Source of the DNA: Bdellovibrionota bacterium
Lineage (GTDB): Bacteria; Bdellovibrionota_C; UBA2361; JAAYZI01
Assembly: GCA_050950765.1 (NCBI GenBank)
Contig: JBMNIF010000002.1
Location: forward strand, 768,001-832,000
Reading direction: 5' to 3'
Length of the DNA: 64,000 nucleotides
The notes under the pieces are model-generated. The model was not told where the DNA came from. It searched no databases and saw only the letters and a list, made by a program, of their open reading frames with translations. The position numbers and the translations under genes were made by a program. Shown one piece after another: positions 42,637 through 52,143 of the stretch (position 1 is its first letter; each line of letters begins with the position of its first letter).

Positions 42637-43216
42637 TTAACGGCACCTCAATAGTGATGCAGACAGTATCGGTGTGTTCGATCGTGATCTGTGCTGCGTG
42701 ATATTTTAGAGCTGTATCGAGTAGGGGCGGAGCAAAGGAGTCTAAGCCTAAAGTGTCGCAGTAGTATTCTGTAAATGATGAGAAGCGGTTGATTAAAAGG
42801 TTTTGAGTTGCAGGTGTCTGATAAGTCAGCCTTAATGAATTATTATTTAGAGAGAGTTCAGGCTTAATATTCGGATGTAGTACCTGAAGGAGTGCTAGAA
42901 GTGATCTAAAGATCTTAACGCTAGCTTTGATGTAAAGTTCGCTACTCTTCGCTAGACACGGTAACTCCAGAGCAGATAGAAACTCTTTAAGGGGGAGGGT
43001 TGAATAATCATCATCGTTTGGGAGTTGAATCAGTCGTAAAATTTGAGAGATGTCTTGGCACCGTTTTGGACTAAGTAGCTTTTCTTCGGGGGGAAAGCAG
43101 CTAAGCTCATTTGAGATAACGGAAAGGGGTGTGCGAATCTTATGCGCAAGTCCGCGGCTAAACGCCCTTAAGCGGTGGTAAGCAAACTTATCTTGTGCGG
43201 TAGGTCTTTTAATCAT
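42629..43216 (-). CDS. degenerate histidine-kinase-like protein (HisKA H-box only), possible phosphotransferase
   Basis: GLAHKIRTPLSVI H-box; no sensor and no recognisable N/G1/G2 boxes; overlaps the regulator start codon. Confidence 0.6.
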   Translation of the reverse strand: MIKRPTAQDKFAYHRLRAFSRGLAHKIRTPLSVISNELSCFPPEEKLLSPKRCQDISQILRLIQLPNDDDYSTLPLKEFLSALELPCLAKSSELYIKASVKIFRSLLALLQVLHPNIKPELSLNNNSLRLTYQTPATQNLLINRFSSFTEYYCDTLGLDSFAPPLLDTALKYHAAQITIEHTDTVCITIEVPLNE

Positions 43217-43292
43217 CCCTATTAAAATAACGTTGTTTTGTTTTTTAAGGAAGTAATAAGTTTAGGAGCGATCTTTATCTAGCAGTGACATT

Positions 43293-43835
43293 AGAGCGGG
43301 CTGCAACTGCAAAGCAGATCGCTAGTTTTTTACGAGATTAAAAATCTGGTGCCACCCACCAGTGACGAAAGACGCTAAAATTACAATAGTTAATAATATC
43401 AAGATATTAGCAAAAGTTATGGGTTTGACAGATCTGGTGCCACCCTTCAGTTTTGGGCAGATCAGCCAAATCTTGGTTGGAGTGAATTTGGTGCCACCCT
43501 TCAGTTTTGGGCAGATCAGCCAAATCTTGGTAGCTGTCATTGGTGCCACCCTTCAGGGACGACAGAACGGGCTGATACTAAAAAACGAAGTAGCTAGTTT
43601 TCTACGAAGGTTAAAAATTTGGTGCCACCCTTCAGGGACGACAGGACGCTAAAATTGCAATAGCTAATAATATCAAGATGTTAACAAAAAGCTAGGATTT
43701 GGTGAATTTGGTGCCACCCTTCAGTTTTGGGCAGATCAGCCAAATCTTGGTAGCTGTCATTGGTGCCACCCTTCAGGGACGACAGAACGGGCTGATACTA
43801 AAAAACGAAGTAGCTAGTTTTCTACGAAGGTTAAA
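43293..43835 (+). repeat. mosaic repeat cluster (left part): GAACGGGCTG units, TGGTGCCACCC palindromes, IHF sites
   Basis: TGGTGCCACC at 43347, 43435, 43489, 43541, 43620, 43709 and 43761; 220-bp higher-order duplication; TATCAA-N4-TTA at 43397 and 43671. Confidence 0.9.
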
Positions 43836-45412
43836 CCCTAACTCTTCATATTTCAGGAATATATTTCAATAAAAAATTAAATATCCTTTAAAAAAGGTAT
43901 TGTGCTTTAAAAATATTGGTGTATTATATATTACGTATTGCGTAATACGTTAGGAGATATATATCATGACATATCCAGATTGGGTTTTGAAAGAAAAAAA
44001 GAAAGGCACTGAGGTAGTTCACAGGAACGGCAAATATTATTTGTATAAAATAAGTTCTGTGTGGAATAAGGAAAAGGGACGTGCTCAGAAGGTTACCTTA
44101 GAATACCTTGGCAGGATAACTGAAGATAAGGGTCTTATTCCCCCTAAACGTAGGGGTTCTTACAAAGATGGAGAAGTTTCTGCAAAGGAGTATGGAGCTA
44201 GCAAAACACTTTGTGAGTTAGGAAAAGACATATTAAATCGCTTAGAAGATAGGTTTCCGAATGATTATCAAAAGATTTTTTCTATTGCTGCTTTAAGAGT
44301 AATTGAGCGTTGTCCGTTTAAGGGGATTGATTTTTTGTATGAGAAATCTTTTTTATCTGAACGCTTCGGAAAGCTTGCTCTATCTTCCTCTAGCATATCA
44401 AGGTTTTTAAGGGAGCTAGGTAGCCAGAGACCAAAGTTAGTTGGTTTTATGAAAGAGTATGTTTGCGATGTTGATTATCTTTTTTTTGATTTAACAAATA
44501 TAATAAGTAAATCGGAAAATGTTGAAATAAATAGAGTTGGCTATAACAGTCATCATGATTTTGATCCTCAAATTGGCTTAATGTATGCTTTTTCAGCGGA
44601 TGACAGTTCTCCCACTTATTACAGAGTTATTCCTGGAAATATAAGAGATGTGAGGGCATTTAAGGGGAGTATAGAAGAGGCTGGTATAAAGGATGCTGTA
44701 ATAGTTGCAGATAAAGGGTTTGGCTCACAAGAGAATTTTAAGTTATTAAAAGAAGCTAATTTAAAATATATTGTTCCATTAAGGCGCAATAATTCAAACA
44801 TAAACAGAGAGATTTTAAGATGTGGAGACAAGTCTAAGTTTGAAAATTTTTTCTTTCATAATGCTCGTCCTATATGGCCTTACTCATATAAAATAAACGA
44901 AGATCGTCTTATTGTTTGTCTTGATGAATCGCTTAAGGCTAGAGAAGAGGCTGATTATCTGCGTAGAGTTCAAGAGAATATAGAAGGCTACACAAAAGAA
45001 GGTTTTATCGATAAACAATACCAATTCGGAACGATTACTTTTCAAACAAATCTCGATTTACCATGCGACAAGGTATTTTGTTTATATAAGGCAAGAAATG
45101 AAATAGAGATGACATTCGATTTTTTAAAAAACCTATTAGAGCAAGATCGTGTATACTTGCAAGATAAATATGCGATTGAAGCTTGGGCGTTCATAAACCA
45201 TATTTCACTTATGCTTGTTTATTTGATATATCATAAACTTAAAGAAAGTGAACTTATTTCTAAATATTCCATTCAAGAATTTATTACACATCTTAAATAT
45301 ATAAGTTATTTAAAAATCGGAGACTCGTGGGTAGTAAGTGAGATTTCAGGTAAAACACAAAAAATTTTAGAAAAATTAAAAATTCATATTACGCAAACGT
45401 GAAGAGTTAGGG
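43836..45412 (+). mobile_element. IS1634-like insertion sequence, 1577 bp
   Basis: Terminal IR CCCTAACTCTTCA (43836-43848) / TGAAGAGTTAGGG (45400-45412), extending imperfectly inward; 6-bp TSD GTTAAA at 43830-43835 and 45413-45418. Confidence 0.92.
43966..45402 (+). CDS. DDE transposase (IS1634/IS4-like)
   Basis: YYLYKISSVWNKEKGRAQKV..EYLG N-terminus, FFDLT, ADKGF, Y.AR.EIE..F..LKN; stop codon lies inside the right IR. Confidence 0.92.
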   Translation: MTYPDWVLKEKKKGTEVVHRNGKYYLYKISSVWNKEKGRAQKVTLEYLGRITEDKGLIPPKRRGSYKDGEVSAKEYGASKTLCELGKDILNRLEDRFPNDYQKIFSIAALRVIERCPFKGIDFLYEKSFLSERFGKLALSSSSISRFLRELGSQRPKLVGFMKEYVCDVDYLFFDLTNIISKSENVEINRVGYNSHHDFDPQIGLMYAFSADDSSPTYYRVIPGNIRDVRAFKGSIEEAGIKDAVIVADKGFGSQENFKLLKEANLKYIVPLRRNNSNINREILRCGDKSKFENFFFHNARPIWPYSYKINEDRLIVCLDESLKAREEADYLRRVQENIEGYTKEGFIDKQYQFGTITFQTNLDLPCDKVFCLYKARNEIEMTFDFLKNLLEQDRVYLQDKYAIEAWAFINHISLMLVYLIYHKLKESELISKYSIQEFITHLKYISYLKIGDSWVVSEISGKTQKILEKLKIHITQT

Positions 45413-45655
45413 GTTAAAAATTTGGTGCCACCCTTCAGGGACGACAGAACGGGCTGATACTAAAAAACGAAGTAGCTAGTTTTCTACGAAGGTTAAAAAT
45501 TTGGTGCCACCCTTCAGGGACGACAGAACGGGCTGATACTGAAAAACGAAGTAGCTAGTTTTCTACGAAGGTTAAAAATTTGGTGCCACCCTTCAGGGAC
45601 GACAGGACGCTAAAATTGCAATAGCTAATAATATCAAGATGTTAACAAAAAGCTC
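45413..45655 (+). repeat. mosaic repeat cluster (right part), 79-bp units
   Basis: TGGTGCCACC at 45423, 45502 and 45581; IHF consensus TATCAAGATGTTA at 45632. Confidence 0.9.
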
Positions 45656-45661
45656 TACGTG

Positions 45662-46423
45662 TTATTGCGGCATAGTAGAAGCGAAGACATCGACATTCTT
45701 AGCTCTAAAATATTTTACCATATCTGTTACATATTTAATTGATGTAGAGATCTGGCTTCCGTCAGAGTAACGTTTAATAAACCAACCTTTTTTATCGGCG
45801 GCAGCTTTTTTAGCGATGCTCCTTATTTCAAGGTCACATTTTTTTGGCAAGAAAGGTGGAAGGATATCCCTGTTAAACTTATTTCTTTGAGAAATTTGAT
45901 TTAATTTAACTTGATGGTCAAGTTTCTTTTGCATATCTAAAGCAAGCCAACCGCTCCAAAACTCATTCATGGTGTTACAAACTGCGTTTTCCTGATTTTG
46001 TCCTGTAATAGCGTTGATAGTATCAGCCTCGCGCAAAGCTTCTAAAAACTGAGGGCAGATCCCTTTTTTAATAGAGCACAACAGGTAGCAAGCCCCGATA
46101 TATTGAGCAACGTCAGGAGCTATCGTTGGTATGGTGACAGAGTTTGAAGCCATTAATTTAGGTAGTGCTTGTTGAAGAGTTGTCATGTACTTAATGGCAT
46201 CATCTTGAGTTTTTTGGTACGGGTTCTGTTTTACCTCATCTTGCTCTAAGGCGATAATCCCTTGTTGCGTTGTGTTTTTAACATCTTCTCCGAAGTTTTC
46301 TGCATCACCATCAAGATCTAAAATGCCGATCTGTTCGGCACGAGGGTTTTTCGGTTGCTGTGCAAAAAGTAAACTTGGGATTAATAGTGCAGTTATAACA
46401 ATAGTGAAAATGGTAGCTTTCAT
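45662..46423 (-). CDS. hypothetical exported protein
   Basis: RBS GGAG before ATG 46423; signal peptide MKATIFTIVITALLIPSLLFA; several Cys. Confidence 0.7.
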   Translation of the reverse strand: MKATIFTIVITALLIPSLLFAQQPKNPRAEQIGILDLDGDAENFGEDVKNTTQQGIIALEQDEVKQNPYQKTQDDAIKYMTTLQQALPKLMASNSVTIPTIAPDVAQYIGACYLLCSIKKGICPQFLEALREADTINAITGQNQENAVCNTMNEFWSGWLALDMQKKLDHQVKLNQISQRNKFNRDILPPFLPKKCDLEIRSIAKKAAADKKGWFIKRYSDGSQISTSIKYVTDMVKYFRAKNVDVFASTMPQ

Positions 46424-46617
46424 ACACAATCTCCAAATAAACCCAGATAAATAAACATAAATTAAATAGGGGCAAACGTATTTTAATGCTTTTAAAAAAT
46501 AGATAGATATTAAGAGCACTATAACAACTTTCCCTTTTGTGACAACACCTACTCGTTATGCGACTCTTTCTTGGAGTTAGATGAAGTTGCCCATCATGTC
46601 GAAGCAAAAAACTAGGT

Positions 46618-48153
46618 CTAGTTCAATTTTTCTTCCGTTAATTTAATTAAACTTTCAAACAGCTTTTGATCGTTAATAATGCGTGGCACTTTATTTTGTC
46701 CGCCGAGTTTGCCGCGACTCTTCATCCACTCTGAAAATGTACCCACTGCTGCTACTGTAACAGTAGGATCTTTTAAGCCGAAACCTTCAGCTCTATGCGC
46801 TGCGTAATCTTCATTCCGTTCGCAAAGCCGTTGATCCAGTTTCTTACAAAAGACGGTAAGATCTTCTGCCGTTGGCACTTTGCCGCCAAACTCGACTATA
46901 TAACGATGTCCCCCGAGTTCGCCACTGTGTGCGGGAAAAACAGCACCGACAGAATAATCAGTAACTGTATTTCCAATAGCATCAGCTGCAAAGGATACAG
47001 CATCTTCTATCTCTTCTCCGATTAGGTGTTCTCCAAACGCTGAAAGAGAGTAAGATGTGCGTCCAGTGATTAAGAGGCGTGGTGGAAGTTTATCTATAAA
47101 CTTTACGGTATCCCCGATCAGATAGCTCCAAAGCCCCGCGCAGGTCGTAAGTACGATGGCATAATTGACACCTGTTTCAATGGTGCCGATCCAATGTCGA
47201 GTTGGGTTTGTAGAGTTTATTTCCTCAAGTGGGATGAACTCATAAAAAATATCGTTATCAAGATTTAATCTCAGCCCTTCACCGTATCCGCGGTCTGCTG
47301 TGGCAATAAAACCTTCGCTCGCCGTATATACTTCACGCAGCTCGGTGTTGCTGCCTGCAATCAGATCTTTAAACTGTTTTTCGTAGGGTTTAAAATTAAC
47401 TCCGCCGTGCACGATCATTTCAAGGTTAGGATAAACTGTATTTAAACGACCTGTGGTGTTGGATGTAATCTCAAACAGTTTATTAATGAGGATTAATAGC
47501 CAAGAAGGTACACCACTTAGTAAACGGATATCATATTTTAGTGAAAGACGTGCCAGTAGATCGATCTTCTCTTCCCAATCTTTTATAAGGGCAAGTTTTG
47601 GTGAGGGGAAATAAAATGGTGCCACCCAAGAAGGACGAGTTTTAGCCACGATACCACTCAAGTCTCCGCTGAAAACCCTAGGGGCTTCTTGTACTAAATC
47701 AGTACTACCACCAAGTACAAAACTCTTTCCGGCAAATAACTTTGATTTTGGATTGTTGATAACGTGATAGATTAAGAGGTCTAAACCTGCTTTAACATTT
47801 GATGCCATCATCTCTTTTGTGAATGGTAGATATTTTGTTGTGCCACTGGTTGTGCCGGAGGTAACGGTAAAATACGGCATCCGTTTAGGCCAAGTTAGAT
47901 TATCCAGAAGGGGGTAGGTAGGTTGCCAATATTCTTTCCAAAAATCTTCATAGGTTCGTATCCTAACCTGCTTTTGAAAATCTTCTACCGAGTGAATTTT
48001 AGAGAATTGATGTTGTTGACCGAAGTGTGTGTTTTTTGCTGTGTGAATAAGTTTTAATAGTTGTTGCTTTTGAGTTGCAACGGGATCCATTGTTGAGAGC
48101 TTGTTATAGCGATATTTCGCAAAGAGGCTAAGGAGTGGTGTAAAGTTAATCAT
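46618..48153 (-). CDS. GH3 auxin-responsive promoter family acyl-adenylate/amide ligase
   Basis: TSGTTSGTTKYLP, GVPSW, YTASEGF, YEFIP, GLWSYLIGD, GGQNKVPR. Confidence 0.9.
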   Translation of the reverse strand: MINFTPLLSLFAKYRYNKLSTMDPVATQKQQLLKLIHTAKNTHFGQQHQFSKIHSVEDFQKQVRIRTYEDFWKEYWQPTYPLLDNLTWPKRMPYFTVTSGTTSGTTKYLPFTKEMMASNVKAGLDLLIYHVINNPKSKLFAGKSFVLGGSTDLVQEAPRVFSGDLSGIVAKTRPSWVAPFYFPSPKLALIKDWEEKIDLLARLSLKYDIRLLSGVPSWLLILINKLFEITSNTTGRLNTVYPNLEMIVHGGVNFKPYEKQFKDLIAGSNTELREVYTASEGFIATADRGYGEGLRLNLDNDIFYEFIPLEEINSTNPTRHWIGTIETGVNYAIVLTTCAGLWSYLIGDTVKFIDKLPPRLLITGRTSYSLSAFGEHLIGEEIEDAVSFAADAIGNTVTDYSVGAVFPAHSGELGGHRYIVEFGGKVPTAEDLTVFCKKLDQRLCERNEDYAAHRAEGFGLKDPTVTVAAVGTFSEWMKSRGKLGGQNKVPRIINDQKLFESLIKLTEEKLN

Positions 48154-48518
48154 AAAAAATCTCCATTGAGAGACGTTTAAAGGCGCAACCTAAAAAATAC
48201 TCAGAGAAAGATAATACAGTATAATCTAAGCATCTTTATTGTAAAAAAGCACATTACTTTGTCTTTTTTCTTTTTAACTGTAAATAAAGTTATTAACGAT
48301 CTAAAAACGATCTAAAGAGGTGCCGTCTTAAAGCGTCCTTTAAAGGTAATATCTATGCAACTTTATAACAAGATTCAAGCCCACTCTCCAAATACCTTGA
48401 GGAATAGACGTAAGCATAAAAAACGGTTTTATCCTAACGATGTTTCTTAATTGTCATGAATTGTTACTCAATGGTATATCAGTAAGGTGTTTTTTTCTGA
48501 TATTTTACCGGAATTGGC

Positions 48519-50651
48519 ATGATGAAATTTATTCAGATAATAATAATGCTCTCTGTACCGTTTCTGTATATAGTTATAGGGAGTCGTTTTTTTAAGTTTT
48601 TCTGTAAGCTTTGTGGTGTCGCCTCAACTAAGCCTGCTACCTTTGCTGTGATGTTTTGCGGTTTGTTGCTGCACATAACATCGATATTTATCCTTAAAAT
48701 TTTTGGTCTGCCGTGGTGTGTAGCGTTCTTTTTACCACTTATACCTCCTCTCTGCATTTTTAAAAGAGAGTGGGAGGGGTTGCGTCCGCAATTTAGTTTA
48801 AACTTTACTGTGTGGTTTTTTGTAATTCTGGCGTTAGGAGTTTCTCTCTTTCAAGTTGTAAACGGTAGTATTGAAACAGCTTGGGTAAATAACTATGGAG
48901 ATCTAACCTTTCATCTGGGGATGATCTCTGCCTTTGTTAAGGGAGATAATTTTCCACCGCAGTTTCATCTCTATGCTGGAGAGACGTTATCGTATCCGTT
49001 CTTTATCAATTTATGGAGCGCTGCTTTATGGTGGTTCTCTCCGGATTTTGAAACTTTACAACATATCTTTGTTTTTCAATGGGTGCTCCTGTGGTGTGTG
49101 GTATTTTTTGCATTAAAAGGAGATCGTTATCGCATTCTACCGTGGGCGATCCTCTTTGGTGGAGGAACGTTTGCCACAGTCGCAACCTATTCGTGGAAAT
49201 TACTCGATAAAGGGAGCCCTTGGACCGTATTTTTAACAACGATCTGGGTGACACAACGCACTGCCCTCTTAGGGTTAGCAGCAAGTTTGGTAGTTTTGTA
49301 CCTTGTATATGAGGGCTATCAGAAACTTAGCTCGAACAATCTAAAAGCGTTCTACCCCTATCTCCTGTTTGTAGGGTTAGTGCTCGGACTTAGTCCACTT
49401 ACTCATGTACATTTCTGTCTTGCTACGGGGCTCTTTGTAGGGATTGTGTTGCTAGGGTGGATCACACTTGATCTTCTTCCTAAATTGTTTAAAGGGTTAC
49501 AGACAACTTTTTACAGAAGCGAAGTCTCTTTGTGGAGAGTGCCCATAGCGATCTCAATCCCCGTTATCTTTCTTGTTGCTTTGGGAGTAATCGCATTTTT
49601 AGCGAAAGACATTGAAAAATTCGGAACTTTCTTTGCGTTTTCTCGAGACATCGATATCGTACCTAATTCAAAAGCCGCCATTCTTTTTTCCTTTCAAGAG
49701 GTCGCTTCCCTCTGTTTCTTGTTTGCTGTGATAGGGTGTGTGTTTGTACTTTGGGCAGAAGGTCTTAGTTGGATAAAGGTATTTTATAAAGTTTTTAGAG
49801 AGGTTTTGCGTCAAAATCCTATAATTAAAATTAAAATTGGGGGGCTACTTCTTTTTGCGTGCACCTCTTTTATAGGCTTAGCTTTTTTGCCGTGGTTATT
49901 AGGGAAGTCAGAGGTATTAAAGATAATTTACGGCTGGAACGTTTCTTTACAACCTAATACGCCTGTGGCTCTTCAATTACAACAAGCGGCTCTGATGTGG
50001 CTTAGGAATTGCGGTTATATTTTTATGGTGTTTGCTGCTTTTTGGTTAGTAGCGCGGAAGCATTTAGAGTGTCTTGCATTAGTGCTCTTATTTTTATTAG
50101 GCAATTTTGTCTCTTTAGCCACTTGGGATTGGGATCAGTTAAAGATCTTTATCGCACTTTATACGATCTTTATCTTTCTCTGGAGTAGGGTAGAGGATAA
50201 TAAGGCAGCTTACAGATTGCACTACCTTCTTATTATCTTGTGTTTACCTGCCATAATTGAAGCAGGGAGACTTTTTTATGTCGGAGATATCTCATCTCCT
50301 TTTTCTAAAAAGGCGTTGGCAGAGGCGCAAGCCATTGAAGATTTAACGCCGCCGACTGCGATTATCGCTGCTGCTCCCGATCACAATAGCTCCGTTCTTA
50401 TTTCAGGTAGGAAGATGTTTATGGGTTATACGGGTACTTTGTGGTCACACCAGATAGATTATGAAGCTAGAGAGCGGGTTTTAAGAGACCTTACGGCTTT
50501 ATGTACGTGTCGTGAAAAAAAACAGATTTCGGATACAGAAAATTGTCCTGATTATCTTTTTTGGAATGATGCTGCCTCTCGTTATTGGCATGGACAGGTG
50601 CCTTGTGGTGATGCGGAGTTTTTAGGAGATGGAGTGTATAAATTAAAATAA
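48519..50651 (+). CDS. polytopic membrane protein, possible GT-C-fold glycosyltransferase
   Basis: Many TM helices; loop NNYGDLTFHLG...F..GDNFPP...LSYPF; C-terminal GRKMFMGYTGTLWSH. Confidence 0.6.
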   Translation: MMKFIQIIIMLSVPFLYIVIGSRFFKFFCKLCGVASTKPATFAVMFCGLLLHITSIFILKIFGLPWCVAFFLPLIPPLCIFKREWEGLRPQFSLNFTVWFFVILALGVSLFQVVNGSIETAWVNNYGDLTFHLGMISAFVKGDNFPPQFHLYAGETLSYPFFINLWSAALWWFSPDFETLQHIFVFQWVLLWCVVFFALKGDRYRILPWAILFGGGTFATVATYSWKLLDKGSPWTVFLTTIWVTQRTALLGLAASLVVLYLVYEGYQKLSSNNLKAFYPYLLFVGLVLGLSPLTHVHFCLATGLFVGIVLLGWITLDLLPKLFKGLQTTFYRSEVSLWRVPIAISIPVIFLVALGVIAFLAKDIEKFGTFFAFSRDIDIVPNSKAAILFSFQEVASLCFLFAVIGCVFVLWAEGLSWIKVFYKVFREVLRQNPIIKIKIGGLLLFACTSFIGLAFLPWLLGKSEVLKIIYGWNVSLQPNTPVALQLQQAALMWLRNCGYIFMVFAAFWLVARKHLECLALVLLFLLGNFVSLATWDWDQLKIFIALYTIFIFLWSRVEDNKAAYRLHYLLIILCLPAIIEAGRLFYVGDISSPFSKKALAEAQAIEDLTPPTAIIAAAPDHNSSVLISGRKMFMGYTGTLWSHQIDYEARERVLRDLTALCTCREKKQISDTENCPDYLFWNDAASRYWHGQVPCGDAEFLGDGVYKLK

Positions 50652-50713
50652 ATTAGGCTAGGTTATTTATTTTAATATAAAGATGTGTTGAATGGTTTAA
50701 CTTAGTTAATTGG

Positions 50714-51046
50714 AAAGTAGGTGAGGGTAAAAAGAGCGTTTAGAGTTCTGTTAGGTTAGTAAAGTAGGTGAGGTAAAAAGCGTTTAGAGTTCCGTTAAGT
50801 TAGTAAAGTAGGAGAGGAAAAAAGCGTTTAGAGTTCTGTTAGGTTAGTAAAGTAGGAGAGGAAAAAAGCGTTTAGAGTTCTGTTAGGTTAGTAAAGTAGG
50901 AGAGGAAAAAAGCGTTTAGAGTTCTGTTAGGTTAGTAAAGGAAGAGAGGTAAAAAGGGTGTTTAGATTTCCGTTAGGTTACTAAAGTGAGTGAGGTAAAA
51001 AGCGTTTAGAGTTCCGTTAATTCACTAAAATAAGAGAGGTAAAAAG
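50714..51046 (+). repeat. 44-bp tandem repeat, ~7.5 copies (VNTR)
   Basis: GCGTTTAGAGTT(C/T) core at 50736, 50780, 50824, 50868, 50912, 50958 (degenerate) and 51002. Confidence 0.95.
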
Positions 51047-51051
51047 TGCGG

Positions 51052-52143
51052 ATGAATACTTCAAAAGTTTTTGTACATATCGTTCTTTATAACAGTATGG
51101 CGCAGCACGGTGCGGTAGCGTTAAAAAAAAATATAACGGCGCTATTAGAGCAGGAAGGTTTTACTAACGGGGAAAACCTTAAGATTGTGGTGCGTGACAA
51201 TGGCTCTAAAGATGGTGCAGCAGAGTTTCTGAAGGAAGAGTTTAAAGATAAGGTTGTTATTGAGTCTTTGAAGGAGAATTTAGGTTTTGCGGGAGGGCAG
51301 AATCTAGGAGTAAGAGATTTTCTTGAATCTGATTTTGATCATATTTTGATCTTAAACCCTGATATAAAACTTGAGAAGAGTGCTCTTAAGTATTTAAGTG
51401 TTGCTTTAGAGGAAGACCCCACTATCGGCATGGTTTGTCCGAAGCTTTTTCGTGGTGATGCAGAGCTTAATCCTGTTTATCCATTAAGGCTTGATGCGGC
51501 AGGGATGATTTTAACAGAGACGTTACGCCACTTTGATAGAGGCTCTGAGAGGGAGGATTGTGAAAAGTATAGTAAAAGTGAAGATGTCTTTGGTGGTAGT
51601 GGCGCTTGTTTATTATTAAAAAGGAGTTGTGTAGAGGATCTTTTGGTGGAGGCAGGAGATATAACGGCACCCGACAAAATTTTCCCGCAACTTGCGGCAG
51701 GGAGAGCGGAGAGAGCTCCTCTTTTTGATGAAGCTTTTTTTGCTTATCGAGAAGATGCAGATCTAGCGTGGCGTGCGCAACTTTTTGGCTGGCGGTGTCT
51801 TTATGTTGCAATAGCTAAAGCAACTCATCGGCGTGTCGTGTTACCGGAAAGGCGGCAAGTTCTTCCTGCGGAATTAAATAAGCACAGTGTGCGGAATAGG
51901 TTCCTGTTGCAACTTAATAATTATTCTCTTAGGCAGAGTATTAGTGCATTTTTTTGTGGTGTGTTGTGGCGCAATCTTTTAGTTTTGGTCGGAGTTATTT
52001 TGAAAGAGCGCACCTCTCTTCCTGCTTTGAAAGAGGTTTGGATCTTAAAGGAGCGTGCGTTAGCAAGGCGTAAGGTTATATTGGAAAAAGCTAAACAACG
52101 TAACGGAATTAAACTTATGCGGCAGTGGTTTTATAAGCGTTAG
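51052..52143 (+). CDS. glycosyltransferase family 2
   Basis: VRDNGSKDG, NLGFAGGQNLG, LNPD, GSGACLL, FDEAFFAYREDADLAWR. Confidence 0.92.
   Translation: MNTSKVFVHIVLYNSMAQHGAVALKKNITALLEQEGFTNGENLKIVVRDNGSKDGAAEFLKEEFKDKVVIESLKENLGFAGGQNLGVRDFLESDFDHILILNPDIKLEKSALKYLSVALEEDPTIGMVCPKLFRGDAELNPVYPLRLDAAGMILTETLRHFDRGSEREDCEKYSKSEDVFGGSGACLLLKRSCVEDLLVEAGDITAPDKIFPQLAAGRAERAPLFDEAFFAYREDADLAWRAQLFGWRCLYVAIAKATHRRVVLPERRQVLPAELNKHSVRNRFLLQLNNYSLRQSISAFFCGVLWRNLLVLVGVILKERTSLPALKEVWILKERALARRKVILEKAKQRNGIKLMRQWFYKR

Noticed and set aside
43322..43652. ORFs 43322-43549 (-) and 43362-43652 (+)
   Set aside because: They are translations of the repeat cluster with no protein-like features.
43340..43770. 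sigma54 promoters from TGGCAC on the minus strand of the GGTGCCACC repeats
   Set aside because: None has TTGC/GC at the -12 position.
46520..46615. Possible riboswitch upstream of the 46423 gene
   Set aside because: Only weak stems; I could not match a known aptamer consensus.
50714..51046. CRISPR array (GTTTAGAG resembles type II-A repeat starts)
   Set aside because: Units are contiguous with no unique spacers, so it is a tandem repeat.
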